Of a stretch of 64,000 nt of DNA, positions 1 to 9,435 are shown piece by piece. This stretch comes from Nitrosopumilus sp. (lineage in GTDB: Archaea; Thermoproteota; Nitrososphaeria; Nitrososphaerales; Nitrosopumilaceae). Under the pieces are notes generated by a model, which did no database searches, was not told the origin of the DNA, and worked only from the letters and a program-made list of their open reading frames with translations. The DNA lies in contig OY763927.2 of assembly GCA_963667665.2 (NCBI GenBank), positions 896,001-960,000 on the forward strand, written 5' to 3'. The position numbers and the translations under genes were made by a program. How positions within the stretch are numbered: the first letter of the stretch is position 1; each line of letters starts with the position of its first letter.

Positions 1-1764
1 GCCGTTGAAGGATGAGGTGCCGTAGAACATGTATCCCGTGTCGTCGACATCGGACAGGTCCGGCGCGTCGGTTGCGCGGTACACCATATTGGTCGCCCCG
101 TCAAACGCCCTGTACATGGTGGTCCATCTCGTGTCGCCCCACTGGTCGATCGACTTGAGCTGGAGGACGTTTGGTTTATCGTCCGAGTCGTATATGAAGA
201 TACTCTTAAGGCCATCATCCAGTACGGTGACGGTGTAGTTTCCGGCGGTGCTGTACGTGTGCGACTGGGAGTCGCTGACATTTGTGCTGTTGGAGCCGTC
301 ACCCCATAGGATGGAGTACATGCCTTTCATGGGGAGGGTTATGCTCTTGTCGGAGTCGGTGGCAGTCCAAGTGGTGATAAACGGCCGGTGCTCCCCCTTG
401 ACGGTGACGATGAGCGTCCGGGTGTGGCCTTCCTCTTCGGCGTTAGGCTCGCCCAGTACGGCAGGAGCAGTTATGTCCAGAGGATACATGCCTACAGGTG
501 GCAGGTTTGTAGAGTTAAGCGAGAGTGTCTTGCCGTCCATGACAAACCTGGTGTCATCTATAGAATATGTGGACACAAGGCCGTCCAGGTAACTGTTCTG
601 CGCCCTGATGGGAAACATCGCGTTGGCAGTCAGGACGGGAGGGTCCTGCACCACGTACCATTCCCCGAGGTTCTGCGAGAACGCGGTGGCGAAATTGAAC
701 ATGTCATCCATGTTGGTCACGCGCGAGACGTTCCAGGAGTTGAGAGGCTGGTTGAAGTCGGTGGCGTCTGCGAACATGCCAGACATGTAGGTGACAGACG
801 AGACATCCCAGTCGTTGAGGGGCTGGTTGAAGGAGGTGGCGACTGCGAACATGTCGTTCATGTTGGTGACAGAGGAGACGTCCCAGGAGTTGAGAGGCTG
901 GTTGAAGACGGAGGCGTAATAGAACATGCCAGACATGTAGGTGACAGACGAGACATCCCAGTCGTTGAGGGGCTGGTTGAAGGAGTTGGCGACTGCGAAC
1001 ATGTCGTTCATGTTGGTGACAGAGGAGACGTCCCAGGAGGAGAGGTTGCCGTTGAAGTCGTAGGCGAAGATGAACATGTCGGACATGTCAGTCACCTTTG
1101 AGACGTCCCAGGAGGAGAGGTCGCCGTTGAAGGAGGAGGCGCTATCGAACATGTTGGACATGTCAGTCACGCCTGAGAGATCGGGCGCATCACCTGCGTT
1201 GTACACCATGTTGGAGGCGCCGCTAAAGGCGTTCTCCATCGAGGCCCATGAGGCGGTACCCCACTGATCCAGTGAGACCAGTTTGGACGCGTCGGCGGCA
1301 TTGTTCAGGTGAAACCATGTCAGGCCGCCGGTTATCTGGACGGTATAGTCGCCGGCAGTATTGTAGGTGTGGTCAACGGGTGTCGAGACGCCGGCGGTGG
1401 TGTTGCCGTCGCCCCAATTAATGGTGATGTCGGTTCCTACTAGCGGGAGGGTTATCGACTCGTCTGCAGAAGTCGTCCTCCACGTGGTCACAAACGCCCC
1501 GGCGGTCAGAGACGTGCTGTCTGGAGTCTGCGCAAACGCGTATCCTGACTGTGACGCAGACAAGTCCGGAATTGACCAAGTGTTACCGGTCAGATGGTAC
1601 GGTGCGGGGTCTGATGCAACTATTTGTCCCGGCTTGACTGTGTGTTGCACCTCTGCGCCACCCCCCACCCCAATCACCATGAGCGATACGGCAAATACGG
1701 CTACCAGCAGGAATATCTTTTCGTGGCGGCACCTGCAGGCTGTGCGGGACGAACCGCTGGACAA
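1..1764 (-). CDS. BspA-like / DUF285 repeat surface protein with PKD-like modules (runs off the left edge)
   Basis: Manual minus-strand translation (absent from the ORF track because there is no stop in the window): TTG start, hydrophobic N-terminus (KIFLLVAVFAVSLMVIGVG), 'AFVTTWRTT..ITLP..INWGDG', 'SIDQWG', and 25-aa repeats of the type 'FNQPLNSWDVSSVTNMNDMF'. Confidence 0.9.
   Translation of the reverse strand, partial: MSSGSSRTACRCRHEKIFLLVAVFAVSLMVIGVGGGAEVQHTVKPGQIVASDPAPYHLTGNTWSIPDLSASQSGYAFAQTPDSTSLTAGAFVTTWRTTSADESITLPLVGTDITINWGDGNTTAGVSTPVDHTYNTAGDYTVQITGGLTWFHLNNAADASKLVSLDQWGTASWASMENAFSGASNMVYNAGDAPDLSGVTDMSNMFDSASSFNGDLSSWDVSKVTDMSDMFIFAYDFNGNLSSWDVSSVTNMNDMFAVANSFNQPLNDWDVSSVTYMSGMFYYASVFNQPLNSWDVSSVTNMNDMFAVATSFNQPLNDWDVSSVTYMSGMFADATDFNQPLNSWNVSRVTNMDDMFNFATAFSQNLGEWYVVQDPPVLTANAMFPIRAQNSYLDGLVSTYSIDDTRFVMDGKTLSLNSTNLPPVGMYPLDITAPAVLGEPNAEEEGHTRTLIVTVKGEHRPFITTWTATDSDKSITLPMKGMYSILWGDGSNSTNVSDSQSHTYSTAGNYTVTVLDDGLKSIFIYDSDDKPNVLQLKSIDQWGDTRWTTMYRAFDGATNMVYRATDAPDLSDVDDTGYMFYGTSSFNG
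772..1039. repeat. Near-identical 150-bp-period tandem duplication inside the DUF285 gene
   Basis: gaacatgccagacatgtaggtgacagacgagacatcccag... begins at both 772 and 922. Confidence 0.9.
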
Positions 1765-1848
1765 ATATCGAAAAGGGGCACTAAAATTGTAATTAAAGGT
1801 CACTGTCCTTATTTATACCATTAAGTATTTATATTTGCCTTTATAGTT

Positions 1849-1990
1849 CTGTTGTACGGAAATTAGTTCTGTCCAAGTTTAATCGTACCATAAAGGATTA
1901 TTTTACACTGTACTAGTCATCTATTGTACAGAAATTAGTTCTGTCCAAGTTTAAGCGCACCATAAATGATCGTTTACACTGTACCGATCA
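1849..1990. repeat. Two imperfect ~72-bp tandem repeats upstream of the DUF285 gene
   Basis: ct(g/a)ttgtac(g/a)gaaattagttctgtccaagtttaa..accataaa..tttacactgtac at 1849-1920 and 1921-1990. Confidence 0.9.
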
Positions 1991-2418
1991 GGCCGCATGA
2001 TGCAAATCTGGAAATATTTGGCAGTTCTTTTAAAATATGCAGCATCAGATGTCAAATAAAAAGTGTCAGGAATCTGCCAAAAAATCACAGTGAACGGACC
2101 CAAACACCGCCTAGATGACAGGATTTGCACAGATCTTGGATGGTTTGCAGGTTTTGTGTGGATGTGGCAAAGGCAGAAATGGGAGTGGCATCAAATGGCT
2201 GGCAGACTGCTTCGGGCAAAGAGCATACACGTGGAACCTGAAAATGCTGCACAATCAGGTCAAACCCCGTCCGGCCCACTACAATAAGGAAGCTTTTATA
2301 GAATTTTTTTTATGTGTGTCACAACATGCAGGTTGGACGCTGAACGGAATTCCATATTCAGGTATGCGTGAAAATGAGCTAGTTCTTTGCTGCAGGTTAT
2401 TCCCGGCCCTTTATTGCC

Positions 2419-2826
2419 ATGGCAGTATTAGATTATGACTCATGTTACAAAATACTGCGTCCTGTGGAACAGGCAGATTTCAACGCACCTCCCAAAATCG
2501 TTCATATATTGAAGATGATCCCGTCTGACGGGCGCGTGGCATTTGAACATTTTAAGGATACCGGCAAACATACTGCCATCAGGGAGTCAAACATGCATGT
2601 TCCAACGGAATACTCAAAAGAATATCACCGTACGAGTGCGTATTGAGGCTTGGTTCAGTTAAATTCTGGCGCACACGGCTCAGCGAGTCCGGCCACAAGA
2701 ACTACGCGTCAGAACCTGGCACCGGGCAAGCATGTTTGAGATGCCTATCCAGGTTCGACGAGTGGCTGCCCGGTAGCTCATTCCATACTATTCGGATTAA
2801 AGATCCGGACAAAATCACTTTCGCCG
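2419..2826 (+). pseudogene. Frameshifted N-terminal fragment of a tyrosine integrase related to 24727-26412
   Basis: LGSVKFWRTRLSESGHKNYASEPGTGQACLRCLSRFDEWL aligns by eye with LKSIQYWQSQLRGNRQKNAKTAEDSTKKAYLRQLWNFNKWL of the intact integrase; truncated at the duplicated segment. Confidence 0.6.
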
Positions 2827-3697
2827 TTTTCAATTGAGTGTTCAATTAGGTGGATGGGTGTTAAGTAGGGTGATAAATGATTATGGGAGTGGTTCGTGTC
2901 CTCTTTTGTATCCTGAGAATTTTCTATATTCGTAATCAGTTAAAGGAGTTTGACATCCACATTTACAAAATGTTTTCATGTTTTCAATTTACACTGCACA
3001 TACAAAAAGATTAGGAATTCATCTTTAGCCAGCAACTGTCTTTTCCATTTGACAACCATGCAAATTTATGAAGTTTCAAAATATCATTAATCTCCCTCCA
3101 GATGTGTTTATCAATCCAATCCTTGGGAGTTATTTTGATAGAGTCACCCTTATTAACTATTGATACTTTTTTGATTCTCTTTCCAAGATTGTTTACAAAA
3201 TTTGGTTTGCTTCCAGCTTGTTTTATCAAATCTAGATATTTGTCATCACCAAGATTCAAGTTAATGTTTGCAGCTTGTGCAGGAGTCTTACCATTTAGCC
3301 CTTGATGTGGTTTTACAAAGTTATGGTTAATTTTCAACAATTCTGAAAATGTTTGTGCTGATTCATCATTTCCCAATCCACGTCTAGCTTTGAGTTTTTC
3401 TCTTATCTCATTATGGTATCTCTCAATAGGCCTATTCACAAAGCCATCTTTGAGTGATTTTGTTTTGATATGTGCAGTTTTATTTTCAAACTCTTTTCTA
3501 ATTGCTTCTTGGTAAGAGTTGAGACAATCAGTTAATACATAATTTGGATTCTGTGATACTATCTTTTTGCCACTTGTGATAATCTTTCTTGCATCTGAAA
3601 TTTTCCTTTTCTGTTGATTTGGGATATTTTTTTTGACAAAACTTGAAGACAGAGTCAAATCTAACATTATTTCTGAAATTAGAATCACTACATTTTA
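2827..3697. repeat. 871-bp direct repeat, copy 1 (copy 2 at 9485-10355)
   Basis: Constant offset of 6658 bp; only about 3 substitutions seen (near 3329-3352). Confidence 0.95.
3011..3688 (-). pseudogene. IS6-family-like DDE transposase, C-terminal part (N-terminus missing)
   Basis: Motifs 'VLTDCLNSY', 'NRPIERYHNEIREK..RRGL', 'HNFVKPHQGLNGKTPAQAA'; first catalytic Asp region absent. Confidence 0.8.
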
Positions 3698-3750
3698 GGT
3701 TCTGTAACGTTACCGGTTGGATCTTCTTCGTGTAACACATCGGTTGGTTT
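3698..3750 (+). mobile_element. ~50-bp mobile-element end or recombination site, copy 1
   Basis: ggttctgtaacgttaccggttggatcttcttcgtgtaacacatcggttggtttt; nearly identical at 15308 and inverted at 24581-24629. Confidence 0.8.
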
Positions 3751-3821
3751 TAGTGTAAAATCCCTGGAATATTTTGAGAAACATATTGACACCTTAACAA
3801 ATCCATATTTTTTCAACCATT

Positions 3822-4175
3822 TTACTTACGTGTCCTACGCCTAGAAGCCCCAAATGAGCCAGGTCCAAATCCTAGAAATTCATTAATCTTTCCACCCAAA
3901 GTCTTTGGTTCAAATTTCTTTTTGTAATAATTTCCACTTGAAGTACTCTTATCCAAATTACAATCAATACATGCTGGAACTAGATTCCGAAGGTAATTTG
4001 ATCCTCCTTTTGCACGAGCTTTGCTGTGATCTATATGCCATGCTCCACGATTTCCATATTTACCACGATTTCCATATTTACCATAATTGACAAATGCTAA
4101 TTGTTTTTCACAATAATAACAATGCCTATTATTTTTATCATAGACATAATTGACTTCTTCATCAGTAAACGTCAT
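3822..4175 (-). CDS. HNH endonuclease (zinc-binding, McrA-like)
   Basis: CYYC...HIDH...GGSN...NLVPACIDCNLDK; contains an 18-bp in-frame tandem duplication (GKYGNR x2). Confidence 0.9.
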   Translation of the reverse strand: MTFTDEEVNYVYDKNNRHCYYCEKQLAFVNYGKYGNRGKYGNRGAWHIDHSKARAKGGSNYLRNLVPACIDCNLDKSTSSGNYYKKKFEPKTLGGKINEFLGFGPGSFGASRRRTRK

Positions 4176-4191
4176 AATTTATCAACTATAT

Positions 4192-4551
4192 TCAGTATGG
4201 AAAAGTTATTGTGATTTCTTTTCCTTCTGGTGTGACTTCATTACATTCAGGAGTATATTTCTTGTAAAGAGTATGTTCTATGTTTTTTTGATCTTCTTCA
4301 TTATTTACATAGCAATATCTAAAATACAATGCTTTGTCTCCTACTCTGCTTTTAATACATTTGTTCTCTTCATCATTTGATAGATGTTTTAATAATCTAG
4401 TTTCCAAATATTTTGTTCTACCAACATACACTGGTCTGTATCCGCCTTTTTTGAGACCCACACTGATCAGATAGTTTCCACCTATATCGTTAACAACTTT
4501 TTTGACAGTTTCTTCATAATAATCAAAAAGGCCATGCCACTCTAATTCCAT
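4192..4551 (-). CDS. GIY-YIG nuclease
   Basis: GNY..VYVGRT..LETRLLKH..E(HTL)..PECN pattern. Confidence 0.8.
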   Translation of the reverse strand: MELEWHGLFDYYEETVKKVVNDIGGNYLISVGLKKGGYRPVYVGRTKYLETRLLKHLSNDEENKCIKSRVGDKALYFRYCYVNNEEDQKNIEHTLYKKYTPECNEVTPEGKEITITFPY

Positions 4552-4561
4552 ATCATCACCA

Positions 4562-4828
4562 TCAACATTTCCCCTGCAAACGCTTCCGTTTGTAGATTAC
4601 ATCAGCTACTACTCTTCCATATGATCTTGCTTTTGGTTTTACTGTTACTGTTTTCCCCTGAATTTGCCTTGCTAGTTTTTGCTTCGCAGACAAATATCCT
4701 GGTTGTCCTTTTTCAGGACAGTTCAAACCAGTTACGCGAACATATTGAGAGTTATTTACTTTATTTCGTATCTTGAAAGTATCACCATCAATTACTTTCT
4801 GAACTTTTCTACGGTAAACCTTTTTCAT
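4562..4828 (-). CDS. Minimal thermonuclease (SNase/OB-fold) family protein
   Basis: KVIDGDTF, VRVTGLNCPE, YGRVVADV motifs. Confidence 0.85.
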   Translation of the reverse strand: MKKVYRRKVQKVIDGDTFKIRNKVNNSQYVRVTGLNCPEKGQPGYLSAKQKLARQIQGKTVTVKPKARSYGRVVADVIYKRKRLQGKC

Positions 4829-4908
4829 TTTTTTCTCCCATATATCATTGGAGTTTCATCAGGTCCATCATCAAATTCTCTGATTATTCGTGGGTACATT
4901 TTATTCAT
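4825..4908 (-). CDS. Putative 27-aa first ORF of the nuclease operon (MNKMYPRIIREFDDGPDETPMIYGRKK)
   Basis: ATG about 30 bp downstream of an AT-rich TATA-like box; its TGA overlaps the SNase ATG (ATGA coupling). Confidence 0.5.
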   Translation of the reverse strand: MNKMYPRIIREFDDGPDETPMIYGRKK

Positions 4909-4947
4909 ATCATGCCTAGAACTTTACAATAATAATATATGATCAAG

Positions 4948-4972
4948 ATAGTCTTAATAATACTTAGACTAT
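4948..4972. promoter_or_regulatory. Palindromic operator ATAGTCT-N11-AGACTAT
   Basis: Dyad ends just before the ATG (4974) of the CARF-like regulator, in the divergent intergenic region. Confidence 0.65.
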
Positions 4973-4973
4973 A

Positions 4974-5708
4974 ATGACTAAACTGACAAGACTGCGTATA
5001 CACGTATGTCCAATAGGATATGAGATAGACCGAATTGTTGAATCTGCAAAAAAATTACAAGCTGATCGTGTATGGCTAATCATAGAACAGAATCCTTCAA
5101 AAGAAACAGCTTCTAAATTCATTAAGCAGGTAAGATCCCTTCTGAAAAAGAATGAAATCGATGTAAAACTAAAAGGCGTATCACGTGATGATCTTTTTGA
5201 CAATCTAAAAGGAATAAAAGAAATTTTCGAAGAAGAAAAAGGAAATGAACTTTATGTCAATGTTTCAGCTGGCTCAAAAATTCAAGCAATTGCAGGGATG
5301 ATGGCATGTATGATGTTTAAAGAGTATGAATCTATTCCATATTATGTTAATCCAAAAAAATATGAAAAGCCTTCGACATCACCACAATCATCAGGTGTAA
5401 AAGATATTGTTCCTCTTCCAGATTATACAATACAAAAACCCAACGCCGAATTAGTACAAACTCTCAAAATAATTAAAAATAATAATGAAAAATTAAATAA
5501 AAAGTCTTTAGGAAAAATTGCAATTCGTGAGGGATTAATAGATTCGAAAAATGATAAAGTAACTCAAAGTGATTATGCAAAACTAGACCATCACATTATC
5601 AAGCCGTTAGAAGAAATATGGAAATATATCACTGTAAAAAGAATTGGAACTAATCATTGGATTGAATTGACAGATGCAGGAAAAGATGCATGTAAATTTT
5701 TAATCTGA
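4974..5708 (+). CDS. CARF-like + winged-HTH regulator (DUF6293/HFX_2341-like)
   Basis: 'IHVCPIGYEIDRIV', 'ADRVWLI', 'YVNVSAGSKIQAIAGMMA'; C-terminal wHTH 'IIKPLEE..YITVKRIG..IELTDAGK'. Confidence 0.8.
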   Translation: MTKLTRLRIHVCPIGYEIDRIVESAKKLQADRVWLIIEQNPSKETASKFIKQVRSLLKKNEIDVKLKGVSRDDLFDNLKGIKEIFEEEKGNELYVNVSAGSKIQAIAGMMACMMFKEYESIPYYVNPKKYEKPSTSPQSSGVKDIVPLPDYTIQKPNAELVQTLKIIKNNNEKLNKKSLGKIAIREGLIDSKNDKVTQSDYAKLDHHIIKPLEEIWKYITVKRIGTNHWIELTDAGKDACKFLI

Positions 5709-6003
5709 TATATGTATATGGTAATTATTCATAAACACCACACAATTTTAACACGAGTATACATATTTTTACAATATATTTTTTGAGCAATTCCTGTTTT
5801 TAGTAACTTAAATTTGAATCTTGATTGATTTGTATTTTTGATAACATAATACCCTTCATTTTTCTAATCTCAAATCATAATAACTATCATTATATCAAAA
5901 ATTCGTCGTAGTGGAATCACTAATGAATTTGATGATACAGATGTGTCTGGAGATGAAATTGTCAAAAAATTAGATGATGCTTTGGAGGATTACAGGTGAA
6001 ATT

Positions 6004-6201
6004 GTGACAAAACAACACATCAAAGTCATCGTAGAAAACAACTCCTACATTGTTAATGTGACTGAATCTTCAGAAAGTGGATTTGTTGGAAACTGTATAG
6101 AATTACCCGCAGCAATAAGCCAAGGAGAATCAATTTCAGAACTAGAGAAAAATATCAAAGAGGCAATAATGCTAGTTTTACAAGAACATATGGACAAATG
6201 A
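6004..6201 (+). CDS. HicB-family antitoxin (no HicA partner evident)
   Basis: 'GFVGNCIELPAAISQGESISELEKNIKEAI' matches the HicB pattern. Confidence 0.75.
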   Translation: MTKQHIKVIVENNSYIVNVTESSESGFVGNCIELPAAISQGESISELEKNIKEAIMLVLQEHMDK

Positions 6202-6517
6202 TTCACAATCCCTAAATCATTCTGCTGTAAACTAGCAACATGTCACGTCGTTAATGACAAAAACAAGAATTCATGGAGCCAGAGTACCAAGAAACGCAAG
6301 GGTCAAACGACCTGTAAGCTGTGGTTTTGTGAAAAGAAAAAAGAGAGGTTACCAACATGTGATGACTCTTATCCAAAATACCAAAAAGCAAGGTGTCAAC
6401 AGATGCAAAATCTGCAAACATCATTTTCTTTCTTACTTGAAAACAGTTACAAATTTGATTAAAATACAAAATCACTGTTTTTACACAATCTTAATCTCTC
6501 AGTCTATCTCTTAGCCA

Positions 6518-7225
6518 TTGTTGCCAAATCTTTTTGTAGACATTGAAACTGCACCTCAATTCACCAAAGAAGAATACTTTAAAACAAAAGAGGCAATTGA
6601 TTCAGGAATATTACACAAGAATTCTGAGAACAAGGATTTGTTTTGGAGATTTGAGCGAGGGGGCCTTACACCATTTAATGGCAAAACTATCCTCATTACA
6701 TACAAAATCAACAATGGCCATGTCTTTCGACTCAAAGAATGGGAACTAGGAGAAAAAGAACTATTGCAAAAATTCTACAACGTTGTAGTTGATTTGCAGC
6801 GAGGAACAAGTGATGATAGACTAAAAATAATTGGTCACAACATCCTTCGATTTGACTTGTTTTTTCTGTATGGTAGAATGATTCATCACAATATTGAGGA
6901 TGAAAAATGGCTTCATCAATGGCTCATTAACAAACCTGAAGTAATTGATTTTCTTCAAATACATCTACCATTAAATAATTTCAAAACTAAAGGTCTCAAG
7001 CATGATGTTTTGGCATATGCGTATGATTTTCCTGTAAAATCAACTCTTGGTTCTGGTGAAATCCCACATTATTTTCAAGAGGATTATGATAAAATAATAG
7101 AATATTCTGAGCGTGAATTCATTTATCCAGAATTGTATGAGAAAATCATTACTAATGGAATGATTACATCAGAGATGTTACAAAAATCAATTAAACATTA
7201 TGATAATTTACAAAATGAAAATTAA
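6518..7225 (+). CDS. DEDD / RNase H-like 3'-5' exonuclease (PolB-exo/DnaQ-like)
   Basis: ExoI 'FVDIETAP', ExoII 'IIGHNILRFDLFFL'. Confidence 0.75.
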   Translation: MLPNLFVDIETAPQFTKEEYFKTKEAIDSGILHKNSENKDLFWRFERGGLTPFNGKTILITYKINNGHVFRLKEWELGEKELLQKFYNVVVDLQRGTSDDRLKIIGHNILRFDLFFLYGRMIHHNIEDEKWLHQWLINKPEVIDFLQIHLPLNNFKTKGLKHDVLAYAYDFPVKSTLGSGEIPHYFQEDYDKIIEYSEREFIYPELYEKIITNGMITSEMLQKSIKHYDNLQNEN

Positions 7226-7372
7226 TTTTAAAATGAACTAAAGATCATCTTTTTTCTCAGAACCCAAATCATTTAACAAATCAGAATATTTCTCAATAAT
7301 TTCATCTGTGATTTTCTCATCTATTATGTTCATAATGAATGACTCTTTTCATAGTATAAGTTGTAATCTATT

Positions 7373-7740
7373 TTAACAAGAATCTAAACTCATATCTCCA
7401 TTCTCATCAGTATTTACAGGTATTCGAATTTCCTTTCCAAAAAAATCCGTTATTGAATACTGTTTTGGAGTCACCATTCTAGCTGCACTTTGAATCAATG
7501 TCTTCCACTTGTCTTCTCCAAGAATGTTAATTCCTGCAATTTCAGCAGGAGTTTTACCTCCTAAACTGGTATGTGGCCTGAAATAGTTGTGATATAATTG
7601 ATATCCTGAAATCACGACTGAATCCTTCTTTTTTACGCCTCGTGTTGTCTTTTCTTTGTCTCGAAATTCACCGTTTAATCTCTCCATCATGTTGTTGTTG
7701 TGGTTTCCATCCATTCTAATGGTGTTAATGTGAATCGGAA
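7373..7740 (-). pseudogene. IS6-like DDE transposase C-terminal remnant (different lineage from 3011-3688)
   Basis: 'NNNMMERLNGEFRDKEKTTRGVKK..YHNYFRPHTSLGGKTPAEIAGI'. Confidence 0.8.
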
Positions 7741-7742
7741 TA

Positions 7743-8021
7743 TCATTTCCTTTTCCACGCATCAAATTCGATAATTTTCAGATTCTTGTCATTAGTTTTT
7801 TCCAAGTCCTTTTTTACTTTTTTGATTAATGTTGTTTTACCAGATCCCCATTCTCCATGAATTCCTATTGTAAAAGGAGGTTGTAATTTTTTATCAGTGA
7901 GAATGTTGGCAATTTGCTGAGAATACTTGACAAAATTAAATTGTAAATTCTCAATTTCAGGTTCATCTGTGATTAGTTTAAGTTTCTCAAGAATCTGTTG
8001 TTTATGATCACTTTCTGACAT
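7743..8021 (-). pseudogene. Truncated KAP-family P-loop NTPase
   Basis: 'PFTIGIHGEWGSGKTT..IIEFDAWK' followed by an abrupt stop at the transposase remnant. Confidence 0.8.
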
Positions 8022-8101
8022 ACACTTTCGATTTTCTTAATCGTATCTTATAATTTTGTATTGAATATTATCCAGTTACGATGTAACAACACCCTAAAAC
8101 A

Positions 8102-9377
8102 GGTTCTGTAAAGTTGGTGGTTTACGATTGACTTTAACTAACCTGTCAAAGATCGCCTCATTCACCGTCACGCCTAAAAGTAGGACATTTGAGGAACTGA
8201 TCAGAAATGTACAAACAAGGATTTGCATTAATAGGAACGGCTGCATTTCTGCACATTATTACACAAATATTTCAATTTATTCAAGACCAAACTCTCGACA
8301 TTTTTCGAAATGAGTCCCACGTATTTAGCATCATTATTCCAATTATTATTGGAATAATAGGTATAGTGTTGATTTTCAAAGATAAATTTGGGTGGTTCAA
8401 AAATAAAGATAATAGAAAACAATATGATGCAAAAAAACTCAATGAGACTGTTTTCAGAAAATTAATGCGAGTAGAATGTATAGAAGATGAATTTTTCTTT
8501 ATAGAAAAATTTGGGTTTTGTATACCTACAAATAAAATGGCATTTACAAACAAAAGCGAATCTGATTATTTATTTTGGGCTGTAGGAAGTAGAGATGCCA
8601 GATACATTCACAAAGAATTTGACATTATTGAGAGAATTATCCCAAATTTAGAAACAGGAGAACAATATTTGAAGATAGAATATTATGAAATTTATAAACA
8701 ATGGATTCAAATTAAAAAAGATTTGGAAGAATTAAATCTAAAAAGAAAATCTTTCTTTAATTCAATATCCAAACAAATTGGTAAGAAATTAAAAAAACAT
8801 TTCAACTGTGAATCTAAATTACTTTTACATCCATTTGGAGATGAATGTGTATTTTTTGAAGAAAATACAGAAAAGATTTTGCCGTATCAATTCAATACAC
8901 ATTATCTTGAATTAGATAATCCTTGTGAAAATCAATACTATGTAACATATAGGAGAAATAGGATTCTGGGCAGTAATAAAAACACAGCAGATTTGGATGT
9001 AGTTAAAGATGTATTCACTACTATTACAAATGATAGAAGAATAATAGACAAAAAAATTAACTTTGATATGGATAAAATAAACTTAAACAAAAGAATCTCA
9101 GATTTTTGTGATCAATTGGAACATAAGGTTGTACATGATATTGACGCTCAAATTACTTCCTAAGATATTCACTCATAATAACACGAATAGTCTCAGATAC
9201 AGTCCAACAATTCTTCATTACATTCTTTTTCTAATGTTTTTACCATATCAACAGAGGAAAGAAACAAAACTGTACTCGAGGAAGTAGACCATTCCAAGTT
9301 CAAATCTGTTGAGATTTGCACAAAAATCAACCGAAATGAGACAAGGAGAAGATATCAACCGAGCATGTTACAGAACC
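8102..9377. mobile_element. Putative non-autonomous element with short inverted ends GGTTCTGTAA, carrying one passenger gene
   Basis: ggttctgtaa at 8102 and ttacagaacc ending at 9377; same terminal word as at 3698 and 15308; no target-site duplication seen. Confidence 0.5.
8207..9163 (+). CDS. Hypothetical protein with two N-terminal transmembrane segments
   Basis: 318-aa ORF; hydrophobic stretches near residues 5-24 and 40-56. Confidence 0.7.
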   Translation: MYKQGFALIGTAAFLHIITQIFQFIQDQTLDIFRNESHVFSIIIPIIIGIIGIVLIFKDKFGWFKNKDNRKQYDAKKLNETVFRKLMRVECIEDEFFFIEKFGFCIPTNKMAFTNKSESDYLFWAVGSRDARYIHKEFDIIERIIPNLETGEQYLKIEYYEIYKQWIQIKKDLEELNLKRKSFFNSISKQIGKKLKKHFNCESKLLLHPFGDECVFFEENTEKILPYQFNTHYLELDNPCENQYYVTYRRNRILGSNKNTADLDVVKDVFTTITNDRRIIDKKINFDMDKINLNKRISDFCDQLEHKVVHDIDAQITS

Positions 9378-9435
9378 TCCTAACTGACCACTTCATCACC
9401 CGAATTGACCACTAGTTGAAAATCCGCCTAGTTTG

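Noticed and set aside
29-1824. Plus-strand ORFs (e.g. 388-1101, 1367-1792)
   Set aside because: Antisense shadows of the GC-rich DUF285 gene on the minus strand
2827-3697. Diversity-generating retroelement TR/VR pair with 9485-10355
   Set aside because: No reverse transcriptase in the window; the few differences are synonymous and the repeat is a transposase remnant
6251-6514. Overlapping 74-aa and 86-aa ORFs on opposite strands
   Set aside because: No recognisable motif; cannot tell which, if either, is real
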